Assembly (NCBI GenBank): GCA_964650605.1
Contig: CAZYUF010000004.1
Location: forward strand, 1 to 24,479
DNA length: 24,479 nt
Direction: 5' to 3'
Origin: an uncultured Pseudomonadales bacterium
GTDB lineage: Bacteria; Patescibacteriota; Microgenomatia; UBA1400; CG1-02-47-37
Shown here: piece after piece, positions 1-11,188 of the stretch
How positions within the stretch are numbered: the stretch's first letter is position 1
Layout: each line of letters starts with the position of its first letter
Made by a program: the position numbers and the translations under genes
Notes under the pieces: generated by a model
What the model saw: only the letters and a program-made list of their open reading frames with translations
The model's database searches: none
What the model was told of the DNA's origin: nothing

Positions 1-45
1 AAGCGCGCCGTTACCTGTCCGGCAACCTACGAGGTCCAACCTTGA
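1..45 (+). CDS. 3' end (partial) of a paralog of the thermonuclease/Ada-like-domain protein at 569..1240
   Basis: Frame +1 reads KRAVTCPATYEVQP* (TGA 43-45). This matches the C-terminus KRAATCPSAYEETPRR* of the 569..1240 protein, and the DNA is also similar (aagcgcgccgttacctgtcc vs aagcgcgccgccacttgtcc). Confidence 0.7.
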   Translation, partial: KRAVTCPATYEVQP

Positions 46-48
46 AAG
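26..48. repeat. 23-bp hairpin, variant C (CCTACGAGGT-CCA-ACCTTGAAAG), degenerate member of the REP-like family
   Basis: Same length, same CCTAC start and same 10+3+10 layout as the other copies. Inner stem GAGGT/ACCTT; outer stem has two mismatches. Same codon position as the 1215 hairpin in the paralog. Confidence 0.55.
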
Positions 49-53
49 TTTAA

Positions 54-185
54 AAATTTGTTGATAATCTGGAAAACTTAAGGTCAAGCGAATTACAAAA
101 AATTGCTTGCGCTCAAAAACATTTTCAAGCCATTGATGTCAATTTTAAAGTAATTCAAAAAGAAGATTTAAGAGATTTAAATTAG
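54..185 (+). pseudogene. Startless remnant resembling the extreme C-terminus of a type III restriction enzyme Res subunit
   Basis: Frame +3 between TAA (51-53) and TAG (183-185) reads KFVDNLENLRSSELQKIACAQKHFQAIDVNFKVIQKEDLRDLN. The LR-x-x-E-x-x-KI-x-C-x-x-x-HF-x-A pattern is one I recall from type III Res C-termini. Not in the ORF track because it has no start codon. Recognised from memory, not searched. Confidence 0.5.
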
Positions 186-188
186 ACT

Positions 189-512
189 ATGCCTGAACAC
201 TTTTTAAAACCGGAAGAAGCCGCCGACGTTCGAGATGTTTTAAAAAAGGCCAAACAAGCCGGAGCTGTTTCGGGTGGGGTATTCGGCAGTATCTTAAAAC
301 CCAAAGCCAGGAAACCCACCAGCGATATTGATATTGTTATCAACGATCCCCAGGCGCCGGTATTCGGGGAGATAGAAAGCGAACAGGGAGAAAAAAGCGG
401 TACCTGGCTGCATATTTTCAAGAAGAAACCAGGTTTCACCGGTGGTAAAAGCCGACGGGAAGAAATACTGAATACTGCTGAAACCGAAGGTAAAAAGCTG
501 TTTGGTAAGTAA
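189..512 (+). CDS. Minimal nucleotidyltransferase (MNT/Pol-beta superfamily)-like protein, 107 aa
   Basis: GVFGS-x10-SDIDIVI fits the hG[GS]x(8-13)DhDh NTase motif, and the size is typical of MNT proteins. Confidence 0.6.
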   Translation: MPEHFLKPEEAADVRDVLKKAKQAGAVSGGVFGSILKPKARKPTSDIDIVINDPQAPVFGEIESEQGEKSGTWLHIFKKKPGFTGGKSRREEILNTAETEGKKLFGK

Positions 513-568
513 AACAGTATACTTTAAAGTTGGCAATTCGGCAGTTTAAAGCGGATAATGTAAGTTAC

Positions 569-1240
569 ATGAAATCTAAGGTTGCCAAGATTAGCTTAAT
601 CACAGTTGCTGTTGCCGGCTTTCTTGGTTTGTCTTTCGGTTCAGCTAAGCCTGTCTATGTTCCCAGTTACCGCGCTGTCCGGGTGATCGACGGCGACACC
701 TTTGAAACCGCCGAAAAACAATGGATCCGCGTTTCCGGCATCGACGCCCCTGAACAGGGTATGTGCGGCAGCCGGGAAGCCAAACAAGAACTGGAAAAAT
801 TGGTTCTCGGCAAAGACATTTACTTAAAAGTCATGTACCACGATTCCACCCGGCTGATGGCCCTGGTATATAGCAAAGATGGCTTAATCGCCACCAAGAT
901 GCTTGCTTCCGGCTGGGCAGAACTTAACGACCGTGACGGTTTAGGTCTGCCGGAATTAAGCCAGGCAGTTAAAGCGGCCCGGGAGCAAAAAATCGGCTTG
1001 TTCAGCCAGCAGTGCACTCAAACGGTTAATCCGGATAAACCTGACTGCAAAATTAAAGCCAACAAAACTACCAATAATCCTCCCACCTACCATTTTCCCG
1101 GCTGCAACTCTTACAATGTGGTTTTAGTTGAACTTCATCACGGCGATGACTGGTTCTGCACTGAAAAAGAAGCCCAGGCTGCCGGTTTTAAGCGCGCCGC
1201 CACTTGTCCATCAGCCTACGAGGAGACTCCTCGCAGGTAA
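569..1240 (+). CDS. Membrane-anchored/secreted thermonuclease (SNase family) with C-terminal Ada-metal-binding-like domain
   Basis: N-terminal hydrophobic segment; RVIDGDTFE and IRVSGIDAPE SNase motifs; C-terminal CKIKAN...YHFPGC...WFCTEKEAQAAGFKRA. ATG 569 preferred over the TTG at 530. The last 8 codons come from the hairpin. Confidence 0.85.
   Translation: MKSKVAKISLITVAVAGFLGLSFGSAKPVYVPSYRAVRVIDGDTFETAEKQWIRVSGIDAPEQGMCGSREAKQELEKLVLGKDIYLKVMYHDSTRLMALVYSKDGLIATKMLASGWAELNDRDGLGLPELSQAVKAAREQKIGLFSQQCTQTVNPDKPDCKIKANKTTNNPPTYHFPGCNSYNVVLVELHHGDDWFCTEKEAQAAGFKRAATCPSAYEETPRR
1215..1237. repeat. 23-bp REP-like hairpin, variant A (CCTACGAGGA-GAC-TCCTCGCAGG)
   Basis: Read directly. 1211..1237 is identical over 27 bp to 19915..19941. 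Confidence 0.95.
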
Positions 1241-1241
1241 A

Positions 1242-1841
1242 CTAAAGGCTTAATTTTAATCTGGCGCCGGAAAGATTGGCCTGCTCGCTGCTGGTGGACA
1301 TCAGCTCAATTACATAAGTATTAGTGCCGCTGTGGAGTTTAAAAGCCGGGGAGTTTTTCCAGGTAGCGGTATTGGAATTATTAAATATTTCCGTTACCTG
1401 CATAATCGCCCCGCTGGTTTTATTTTTCAGTCTGGCCCAGGCTTCGCCGTTGACAATTGACAGTTGCCCTTCAAACACCGCCTTTACTTCCGCCGGATAA
1501 TCACTGCTGTTCAGCTGGATTGCCGCGCTGGTTTCCGTCCATTCGGTTTTAACAGTACTAGCCGAACCCAAATAAATATTCTGGGGCTGCCATTGGACTG
1601 TCGCTGCCGGGGTGAAAACAGAACTCGGACTGGGACTGGGGATTAAACTCGGGCTCGGCTCTAAACCAGGGCTGGGGATTAAACTGGGACTGGGAACCAA
1701 ACTGGGTGTCGGAGCTAATTGTTGGCTGGTAATAAATAAATCCAATCTTTCCGCGAGCTTGTTTTGCTTAAGCCATAAACCAACCACGCCCAAGCCTAAA
1801 ACCATTAAACCCACTATCACTCCAATCTTAAAACGATCCAT
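1242..1841 (-). CDS. Hypothetical membrane-anchored protein with Pro/Ser-rich linker and extracellular beta-rich domain
   Basis: 199-aa ORF with an N-terminal TM helix (IGVIVGLMVLGLGVVGLWL) followed by PSPSLI-type repeats. Confidence 0.7.
   Translation of the reverse strand: MDRFKIGVIVGLMVLGLGVVGLWLKQNKLAERLDLFITSQQLAPTPSLVPSPSLIPSPGLEPSPSLIPSPSPSSVFTPAATVQWQPQNIYLGSASTVKTEWTETSAAIQLNSSDYPAEVKAVFEGQLSIVNGEAWARLKNKTSGAIMQVTEIFNNSNTATWKNSPAFKLHSGTNTYVIELMSTSSEQANLSGARLKLSL
1630..1719. repeat. Five imperfect 18-bp tandem repeats encoding P-[ST]-P-[SG]-L-[IVE]
   Basis: Units: ctgggactggggattaaa / ctcgggctcggctctaaa / ccagggctggggattaaa / ctgggactgggaaccaaa / ctgggtgtcggagctaat. Confidence 0.85.
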
Positions 1842-1847
1842 AAACTT

Positions 1848-1863
1848 TGCTATAATCTTATCA
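1848..1863. promoter_or_regulatory. Overlapping divergent extended -10 promoters
   Basis: Plus strand: TG-C-TATAAT (1848-1856), 6 nt before ATG 1863. Minus strand: TG-A-TAAGAT (1863-1855), 13 nt before ATG 1841. Confidence 0.5.
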
Positions 1864-2726
1864 TGAATCCGCTCAAATATGTTTTGATGATGCTCGCCTA
1901 TCTTTGGTTAAGGTTTGACCCGATCCTCTATATGACTTTTAGAAAAGACTGGACGCCCCGTTATGAATTTTTAGCCAATATTTTTGGTGAAATTGCCGCT
2001 GAAAAGTTTTTAGCCCATCGGGTTGACCTTGTTAAAGCCAGAAATAAAATTTTACCGCCGATAGTTCTTTCCGCTGATGTTGATAAAAAAATCACTGAAT
2101 TTTTAACAACTAAACCCTTGGCCCAACCCAATAAAACCAAGCGTCTGGAAATTATCGACCAACTGATCTTTTGGGCAGTTGATCCGGAGATTAACCGTTT
2201 TAATATCGACAGCTACAAATCCCGCTCCGCTATTGTTGACGCTTTATTGAATCCTATCTTCCAGAACAGTTTAGCCGGTGAAATCAACTGTATCTTAGAC
2301 GGTCTTAAAACAATTGTTTTTTCCCGGGTAACCTACCTTGGCAGTAAAGGTGAACCTTCGCCAATCGTTCACAATGTTATTCTTTCCGGCGCCGCCCGGA
2401 TATTAACTTCTCATTTCAACGAACTTGTCAGGCTAAGGGATGAAAAACTGGACAAATTGACCAAGGTCAGGCTGATTAAAGAAATTAATCAAGCCAAAGG
2501 TGAAACCGGTTCTCTCGCTTTTTCCGCCGAACCCAGAATTGAAGAAGACTTTCAAGCCCGCTACCCATTGCCCAATTATCAGGCCAAGCTTTTATGGAAG
2601 ATTTTAACCCATTACCGCTTTTCCGCTTGGCCGGAATCAAGGGAAAAAGCGGCTAAGCTCATTAACAGCTTCCATAAACAACTGGGCTTTCCCCCGGAAG
2701 AACTATTTGTTTTAAGCAGAAAATAA
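1863..2726 (+). CDS. Hypothetical protein (287 aa) immediately upstream of atpB
   Basis: Long ORF with an ATG start and its own -10 box. No family recognised. Confidence 0.7.
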   Translation: MNPLKYVLMMLAYLWLRFDPILYMTFRKDWTPRYEFLANIFGEIAAEKFLAHRVDLVKARNKILPPIVLSADVDKKITEFLTTKPLAQPNKTKRLEIIDQLIFWAVDPEINRFNIDSYKSRSAIVDALLNPIFQNSLAGEINCILDGLKTIVFSRVTYLGSKGEPSPIVHNVILSGAARILTSHFNELVRLRDEKLDKLTKVRLIKEINQAKGETGSLAFSAEPRIEEDFQARYPLPNYQAKLLWKILTHYRFSAWPESREKAAKLINSFHKQLGFPPEELFVLSRK

Positions 2727-2743
2727 TATATAATCAACCTATC

Positions 2744-3457
2744 ATGGCCTTGAATATTTCCATATCGGCAGAGCCGATTTTTAATTTCGGGCAGTTTGAA
2801 TTTACCAACTCCATGCTGGTCAGCCTTCTGGTCACCCTGGGTTTATCAATTTTAGCCGTCAGCTTTAGCCTGTATCTGCAATCAAAGAGAAAATCAAACT
2901 TCTTTGTCTTTATTCAAACAATTCTTGAATCATTTTATGAATTTGTTCAATCGATCGCTCCCCAGCAGGCCGGCCGCTTTTTCCCCTTAATTACCTCAAT
3001 TTTTTTATTTGTGATGTTCGCCAGCTGGGCCGGATTATTGCCGGGAGTGGAAACCATTTTTTGGCATGGAGTTCCACTTTTCCGGGGCGGCACCGCTGAT
3101 TTAAATATTACTTTAGGCTTAGCGATCTTTGCCGTTATCAGTATTCAAATCTATGGCTACAAAACCTTGGGGATGAAATATTTTAAAAAGTTTTTTGATT
3201 TTTCCAATCCGATTAATTTCTTTGTCGGATTCTTAGAATTAATCAGCGAATTTGCCCGCATTATGTCTTTTGCTTTTAGGTTATTCGGCAATATCTTTGC
3301 CGGCGAGGTTTTGCTGGCCGTAATCGCTTTTCTGGTGCCGGTGTTTGCCTCCCTGCCCTTCATGGGCCTGGAAATATTTGTCGGCTTTATTCAGGCCTTA
3401 GTTTTTGCTACACTGACTTTAGTCTTTATTAATATCGCTACTACCAGCCATCATTAA
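2744..3457 (+). CDS. atpB: F0F1 ATP synthase subunit a
   Basis: Hydrophobic; ELISEFARIMSFAFRLFGNIFAGE (conserved Arg helix) and EIFVGFIQALVF. Confidence 0.97.
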   Translation: MALNISISAEPIFNFGQFEFTNSMLVSLLVTLGLSILAVSFSLYLQSKRKSNFFVFIQTILESFYEFVQSIAPQQAGRFFPLITSIFLFVMFASWAGLLPGVETIFWHGVPLFRGGTADLNITLGLAIFAVISIQIYGYKTLGMKYFKKFFDFSNPINFFVGFLELISEFARIMSFAFRLFGNIFAGEVLLAVIAFLVPVFASLPFMGLEIFVGFIQALVFATLTLVFINIATTSHH

Positions 3458-3465
3458 ATTATCTT

Positions 3466-3695
<230 letters not shown>

Positions 3696-3702
3696 ATCAC
3701 TA

Positions 3703-3708
3703 AAGGAG
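3703..3708 (+). promoter_or_regulatory. Shine-Dalgarno site for atpF
   Basis: AAGGAG 7 nt upstream of ATG 3716. Confidence 0.7.
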
Positions 3709-3715
3709 ACAAGCC

Positions 3716-4204
3716 ATGTCCATCCATTGGTATCAGCTTTTGTTTCAAATCATTAATTTTGGCATTTTAATTTTGGTGTTGAAGAAGTTTCTTTATCGGC
3801 CGATCATTACCATCATTAATCAGCGTAATAAAAAAATTGAAGATTCAATTAAAGCCGCTGAAGCTAATTTAAAAGAAAAAGCCAAAATCGAAGAGATTAA
3901 AAAACAGGCGGTGATGGAAGCGGAAAAAGAAGCAGTCCGGATTGTTGAGGCCGCCCGGAAAGAATCAGATAAAACCGCTAAACAAATTCTTCAGGCCGCC
4001 CGCACTGAAGCCGAAGGCGAAGTCGATAAAAAATTAAAACTTTTGACTGAAAAATTGGCCGAACAAGAAAGCCAAATTACCGGCCGGATTACTGACCTGG
4101 TGATTAAAGCCACTCAGAGTGTTTTAAAAGGCAGCCTTACCGTCAGCCAACAAAATGCCATTATTGACAGCGAAATTAAAAAACTAGCCAAATTATCTAA
4201 ATAA
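3716..4204 (+). CDS. atpF: F0F1 ATP synthase subunit b
   Basis: QIINFGILILVLKKFLYRPI N-terminal anchor followed by a charged coiled coil; operon position. Confidence 0.95.
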   Translation: MSIHWYQLLFQIINFGILILVLKKFLYRPIITIINQRNKKIEDSIKAAEANLKEKAKIEEIKKQAVMEAEKEAVRIVEAARKESDKTAKQILQAARTEAEGEVDKKLKLLTEKLAEQESQITGRITDLVIKATQSVLKGSLTVSQQNAIIDSEIKKLAKLSK

Positions 4205-4554
4205 TGAAAGATTCCTATCAAATTGAAGCCATTACCGAAGCGATTTTAGATTACCTGCAAAGCAAAAAAGCCTTGGATTTACTCCCCTCAATTGCTCAAA
4301 AATTAACCGAAGCCGGCTGGGTAAAAATTGATCCGGACCTGGCCCAAATCAGCGCCCCGATCAAGCTTTCTTCTCTCCAAACCAAAGCTATCCAAACTAA
4401 ATTATCAGCCGGTTTTAAACGGCCGATCAGGGTTAAAACCAAAATTGACCCCGGCATTATTGCCGGTTTGAAGATTAGCGTGGCCGGCAAAATCATTGAT
4501 GCTACCGTCAACAACCGTTTAAAAACCTTAAAAGAACAGATAATCTATGCCTGA
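4204..4554 (+). CDS. atpH: F0F1 ATP synthase subunit delta (short form)
   Basis: C-terminal OSCP-like IDPGIIAGLKISVAGKIIDATVNNRL; lies between atpF and atpA. Confidence 0.9.
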   Translation: MKDSYQIEAITEAILDYLQSKKALDLLPSIAQKLTEAGWVKIDPDLAQISAPIKLSSLQTKAIQTKLSAGFKRPIRVKTKIDPGIIAGLKISVAGKIIDATVNNRLKTLKEQIIYA

Positions 4555-6044
4555 TTTACAAAAAATCATTGCCGACCGGATTAATCAATTTACGCCCGAA
4601 CTAAGCGCCAAGAGCGTCGGTAAAATCATTACTCTGGGTGACGGTGTCGCCACTATCAGCGGCTTAAATGATGCCATGATGTCCGAAATCCTCGAGTTCC
4701 CCCGCCAGACCTACGGTCTGGTTCTCAACTTAGAAAAGCACTCGGTCGGGGCGATTATCTTAGGCGGCTATCAGCATTTAAAGGAAGGGGATGAAGTCGC
4801 TACTACCGGAAAAATTCTCCAAATCCCGGTTGGCGAAGCTCTGCTTGGCCGGGTAATCGGTCCTTTAGGCAACCCGATTGACGGCCAGCCTGCCCCCAAA
4901 ACCACAGCCAATAACCCTTTAGAAAAAATTGCTCCCGGGGTGATTACCCGTGAAAAAGTCAACCAGCCGGTGCAAACCGGGATCAGCGCGGTTGACAGCA
5001 TGATTCCCATCGGCCGGGGACAGCGGGAATTGATTATCGGCGACCGCAGTACCGGCAAATCTTCGATTGCCATCACCACCGTTATCAACCAAATCAAGAA
5101 AAATCTTATCTGCGTTTACGTGGTTATCGGTCAAAAGGCCGCTTTTACCTCTCAGTTGGTCGAAACGCTGAAAAATTTTAAAGCTCTCGATCACACTATT
5201 ATTGTTGCCGCCAATGCCGCCGACTCACCCTCCTTGCAGTACCTGGCCCCTTATGCCGGCATGGCCATTGCCGAACATTTTGCCGGCCTGGGCCAAGATG
5301 CTTTAGTCGTTTTTGATGATCTTTCCAAACACGCCTGGGCTTACCGCGAGCTTTCTTTACTGCTCCGCCGCCCATCCGGCCGCGAAGCTTATCCGGGCGA
5401 TGTTTTTTATCTGCATTCCCGTTTGCTGGAGCGGGCGATTAAGTTCAATAAAGATAATGGCGGCGGCTCGATTACCGCCTTGCCGATTATTGAAACTCAA
5501 GCCGGCGATATTTCCGCCTATATTCCCACCAATATTATTTCAATCACTGACGGCCAGATTTATCTGGAAACAGACTTATTTAATGCCGGTATCCGTCCGG
5601 CTATTAACGCGGGACTGTCTGTTTCCCGGGTGGGCGGTAATGCCCAAATTAAAGCCATGCGCCAGGTAGCCGGCAAGTTAAGAATGGACTTGGCCCAATA
5701 CCGGGAAATGGCCGCCTTTGCCCAATTTTCTTCTGATCTTGACCCGGCCACTAAAGCCCAGCTGGACCGGGGCGCCAAAATCACTGAAATCTTAAAACAG
5801 GGCTGGGATAAACCCCTGCCGGTGGAAGAGCAGGTGCTCATCATCTGGGCTGTCACCACCGGTTATTTGGATCAGACTCCTTTGGATAAAATCAAAATCT
5901 GGCAGTCGGAATTTATCACTTACCTTGCCTCCACTCAGCCGGAAATTGCCGCCGCCATCGCCCGGGAAAAAATCCTTTCCGATAAAACTATCAAATCCTT
6001 GCAAAAATATACCCAAAAATTTAATAACCTGCATCCTGATTTAT

Positions 6045-6058
<14 letters not shown>
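4547..6058 (+). CDS. atpA: F0F1 ATP synthase subunit alpha
   Basis: GRGQRELIIGDRSTGKS, RRPSGREAYPGDVFYLHSRLLER and SITDGQIYL motifs. Confidence 0.99.
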
Positions 6059-8346
<2,288 letters not shown>

Positions 8347-8349
8347 CTT

Positions 8350-8778
8350 ATGGCCGCCAACAAACTAAGCCTAACGGTTATTACCCAGGAGAAAATTGTC
8401 CTACGGGATGAGGTTGACCTGGTTTTGGCCCCGGGCTGGGATGGTCAAATCGGCCTCTTGCCCGGCCATATCGGCTTGCTCACTAAACTCCAGCCCGGCG
8501 AACTGTTTATTTTTAAAGGCCCGACAATCACTGTTTTGGCTGTTTCCGGCGGTCTCTTGGATATTCATAATAATCAATTAAGCGTCATGGCTGACAGCGC
8601 TGTCCGGGCCGACGAGATTGATGTCGCTAAAGTCGAAGCCGCCAAACTCAAAGCTGAAGAAGCTTTAAGAGAACGCTTGTCCGGCACTGAATTTGCTCTG
8701 GCCGAAGCCGACTTAAGAAAAGCGGTTTTAGAATTAAAAGTTGCTAAAAAACGCTATCGACACCAACATGGAATTTAA
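8350..8778 (+). CDS. atpC: F0F1 ATP synthase subunit epsilon
   Basis: GQIGLLPGHIGLLTKL, VSGG and a C-terminal helical hairpin. Confidence 0.96.
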   Translation: MAANKLSLTVITQEKIVLRDEVDLVLAPGWDGQIGLLPGHIGLLTKLQPGELFIFKGPTITVLAVSGGLLDIHNNQLSVMADSAVRADEIDVAKVEAAKLKAEEALRERLSGTEFALAEADLRKAVLELKVAKKRYRHQHGI

Positions 8779-9145
8779 TCTCGCTCCGGATATCCAACGC
8801 CGGCTTTCCCAAATTCAGGCCAAACTCCGCCTGCCCCACATTGATCATAAAAGAATTGTTTGCTTTAGAAGTTTTGGCTCCAAAGCCCGGGCCCGGGCCA
8901 GAATCTGGGCCTTTCCCAAAATTTGGCAGCTGGCCTTGAACTTGCCGCCTCATTACTGTCTTGAAATTATTTCCGAAAAATTCGATTCCCTTAAGCCGGA
9001 CGACCAAACCCGCATCATTATTCATGAAATGATGCATATTCCCAAAAACTTTTCCGGCGCGCTTTTACCCCACCGGGGGAGAGGCAGGGTCGTTATTAAT
9101 GCCCGCTCAGTCGAACAATTATTTAAACTTTACCAAACCCCATGA
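8768..9145 (+). CDS. Putative small metallopeptidase (HExxH)
   Basis: IIIHEMMHIP zincin motif; ARARARIW and LLPH resemble small 'putative phage metallopeptidase'-type proteins. Start ATG 8768 overlaps the end of atpC. Confidence 0.75.
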   Translation: MEFNLAPDIQRRLSQIQAKLRLPHIDHKRIVCFRSFGSKARARARIWAFPKIWQLALNLPPHYCLEIISEKFDSLKPDDQTRIIIHEMMHIPKNFSGALLPHRGRGRVVINARSVEQLFKLYQTP

Positions 9146-9804
9146 TCACTATCTTTCAGGGCGATAACTATGTCCAGAGCCGCCAGGCCCTCAACCAATC
9201 TCTTTCCCAACTTTCCACCTCTAAGGTGGAAAGTAACCGCCTTGACGCCCAGAACTTAACCGAAGAAGCCCTGACTCAAGCTTTAGAATCAAACCCTATG
9301 TTTCAAATTCCCAAAATTTTTGTGATTGAGAATCTACTTGCTTTGCCTCGTTCCAAAAATAAAGAACAATTGATTAAAATAGTTTTAAATAATCAGAATA
9401 AATCTATTTATTTGTGGGAAAAGAAAACGATTACTCCGGCAGTCAAAAAACAGTTTGCTAAAGCCGTGATTAAAGAGTTTAAACTGCCGGCCTCTTTATT
9501 TATTTTTTTAGATAACCTGACTTTAACCAACTTTCACCAGGCCTTAATTAATAATCCGGCTGAACTGATTTTTTATCTTTTGCATCGCCGCGTTTCGCAG
9601 CTAATCCAAGCCTTAGACGACCCCGGCTCCTTAAAAGGCGCTCCCTGGCAGATTGGTAAACTCAAAACCCAGGCAAAAAAATATTCTTTAGACCGATTGC
9701 TTGATTTTCACCGCCAACTATTAACTCTTGATGAACAAGCCAAAACCAGTCAAAGTATTCTCTCTCTGGCCGGCTGCCTTGACCTATTACTGCTGGAACT
9801 CTAG
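9142..9804 (+). CDS. holA: DNA polymerase III delta-subunit-like protein
   Basis: MITIFQGDN N-terminus, degenerate AAA+-like layout, and a C-terminal helical region ending LDLLLLEL. Divergent, so the call rests on overall resemblance. Confidence 0.6.
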   Translation: MITIFQGDNYVQSRQALNQSLSQLSTSKVESNRLDAQNLTEEALTQALESNPMFQIPKIFVIENLLALPRSKNKEQLIKIVLNNQNKSIYLWEKKTITPAVKKQFAKAVIKEFKLPASLFIFLDNLTLTNFHQALINNPAELIFYLLHRRVSQLIQALDDPGSLKGAPWQIGKLKTQAKKYSLDRLLDFHRQLLTLDEQAKTSQSILSLAGCLDLLLLEL

Positions 9805-9814
9805 AATAATATCA

Positions 9815-11188
9815 ATGGCTTTAGATCCTATTATTTTTAAAGATTACGATATCCGTGCCTTAGTTCCCAGCCAGCTTGATGCCGCCGGCATTAAGCGGAT
9901 TGCCCAAGCCATGGTGAAATTATTTCAACCCCATTCAGTGCAGATCGGCCGGGACATGCGCCTCACTTCAGTCGAATTACAGCAAGCCTTAATTGCCGGC
10001 TTTTTAGAATCCGGCGTTAATGTCGTCGACTTAGGCCTGATCGCCACCGATATGCTCTATTACGCTTCCGGCACTTACCCCGAAGATCTGGGCATTACCA
10101 TCAGCGCTTCCCATAATCCGCCCGAATATAACGGCCTGAAAATTGTTAAAAAAGGCGCCATAGCCATCAGCGGCAACAGCGGCATTTATCAAATCCGCGG
10201 CCTGGCCGTTTCTGATCAGGATTTAGGCCTTAAAGGCGTTCCGCCGGGAACTTTAACCAAAAGGGATATTTTAGCCGAATGGGTTAACCATGCCCTTAAA
10301 TTTATCGATTTAACTCAAATGAAGCCGTTTAAAGTCGTTATTGATGCCGGTAATGGCATGGCCGGTTACTTTATGCCTGCTTTTGAAGCTAAATTGCCCT
10401 GGCGGGCCACCCGGCTTTTTTATGACTTGGACGGCAGCTTTCCTAATCATCTTCCCAGTCCCAGCGAAGAGAAAAATATGGTCCCGACTATAAATGCTGT
10501 CAAAGGCGGCGGCGCTGATCTTGGTATGGCTTTTGACGGCGACGGCGACCGCGTTTTCTTAGTCGACGAAACCGGCCGGATTGTCTCCGGTACCATTATG
10601 ACGGCTATTATTGCCGAAAACTTGCTCCAAAAACATCCTCACGATACTGTTCTTTATAATGCTATCATCGGCCGGGTAGTCCCGGAAATAATTAAACAAC
10701 ACCAGGGTAAGGCAGTCCGTGTCCGCGTCGGCCACACCTTGATTAAAGAAGCCATGCGGACTAATAACGGCCTGTTTTGCGGCGAACATTCCGGCCATTA
10801 TTATTTCCGGGATAATTTTTTCGCTGATTCCGCTATTATTTCCGCTCTCTTAGTCTTAGAATTGATTTCCCAAAAAAAAGTTCAACTATCCCGCCTGGTT
10901 GACCGTTATGATAAATATCCCTGTTCCGGAGAAATCAACTTTGTCGTTACCGACAAACAAAGCGTCCTAAAACAAATCCAAGCCGAGTATCAGTCACGGA
11001 CCAAATCAATCGATTGGCTGGACGGCATCTCTTTATGGTTTCCGGCTTGGTGGGCCAATATCCGTCCTTCCCACACCGAACCGCTGCTGCGCTTGAACTT
11101 GGAAGCCGATAATGCAAAAATTTTGCAAACCAAAACCGAAGAATTTATTAAACTGATTGAACGCCTTGGCGGTAAAAGGAAGTTATGA
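9815..11188 (+). CDS. Phosphomannomutase/phosphoglucomutase (alpha-D-phosphohexomutase)
   Basis: FKDYDIR, TISASHNPPEYNG phosphoserine loop, DGDGDR metal loop and GEHSGH. Start ATG 9815. Confidence 0.95.
   Translation: MALDPIIFKDYDIRALVPSQLDAAGIKRIAQAMVKLFQPHSVQIGRDMRLTSVELQQALIAGFLESGVNVVDLGLIATDMLYYASGTYPEDLGITISASHNPPEYNGLKIVKKGAIAISGNSGIYQIRGLAVSDQDLGLKGVPPGTLTKRDILAEWVNHALKFIDLTQMKPFKVVIDAGNGMAGYFMPAFEAKLPWRATRLFYDLDGSFPNHLPSPSEEKNMVPTINAVKGGGADLGMAFDGDGDRVFLVDETGRIVSGTIMTAIIAENLLQKHPHDTVLYNAIIGRVVPEIIKQHQGKAVRVRVGHTLIKEAMRTNNGLFCGEHSGHYYFRDNFFADSAIISALLVLELISQKKVQLSRLVDRYDKYPCSGEINFVVTDKQSVLKQIQAEYQSRTKSIDWLDGISLWFPAWWANIRPSHTEPLLRLNLEADNAKILQTKTEEFIKLIERLGGKRKL

Noticed and set aside
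1215-1237. Hairpins as classical Rho-independent terminators
   Set aside because: No U-tract follows them on either strand at most copies, and identical stems occur inside an intact ORF. A role in RNA stability remains possible.
1612-1866. 84-aa (LG)n-rich ORF on the plus strand
   Set aside because: Antisense shadow of the Pro/Ser repeats in the 1242..1841 gene.
5925-6044. 40-aa N-terminal extension of AtpG
   Set aside because: Lies wholly within atpA; the conserved gamma N-terminus starts at ATG 6045.
9728-9814. N-terminal extension of the phosphohexomutase
   Set aside because: Overlaps holA; family homology starts at ATG 9815.
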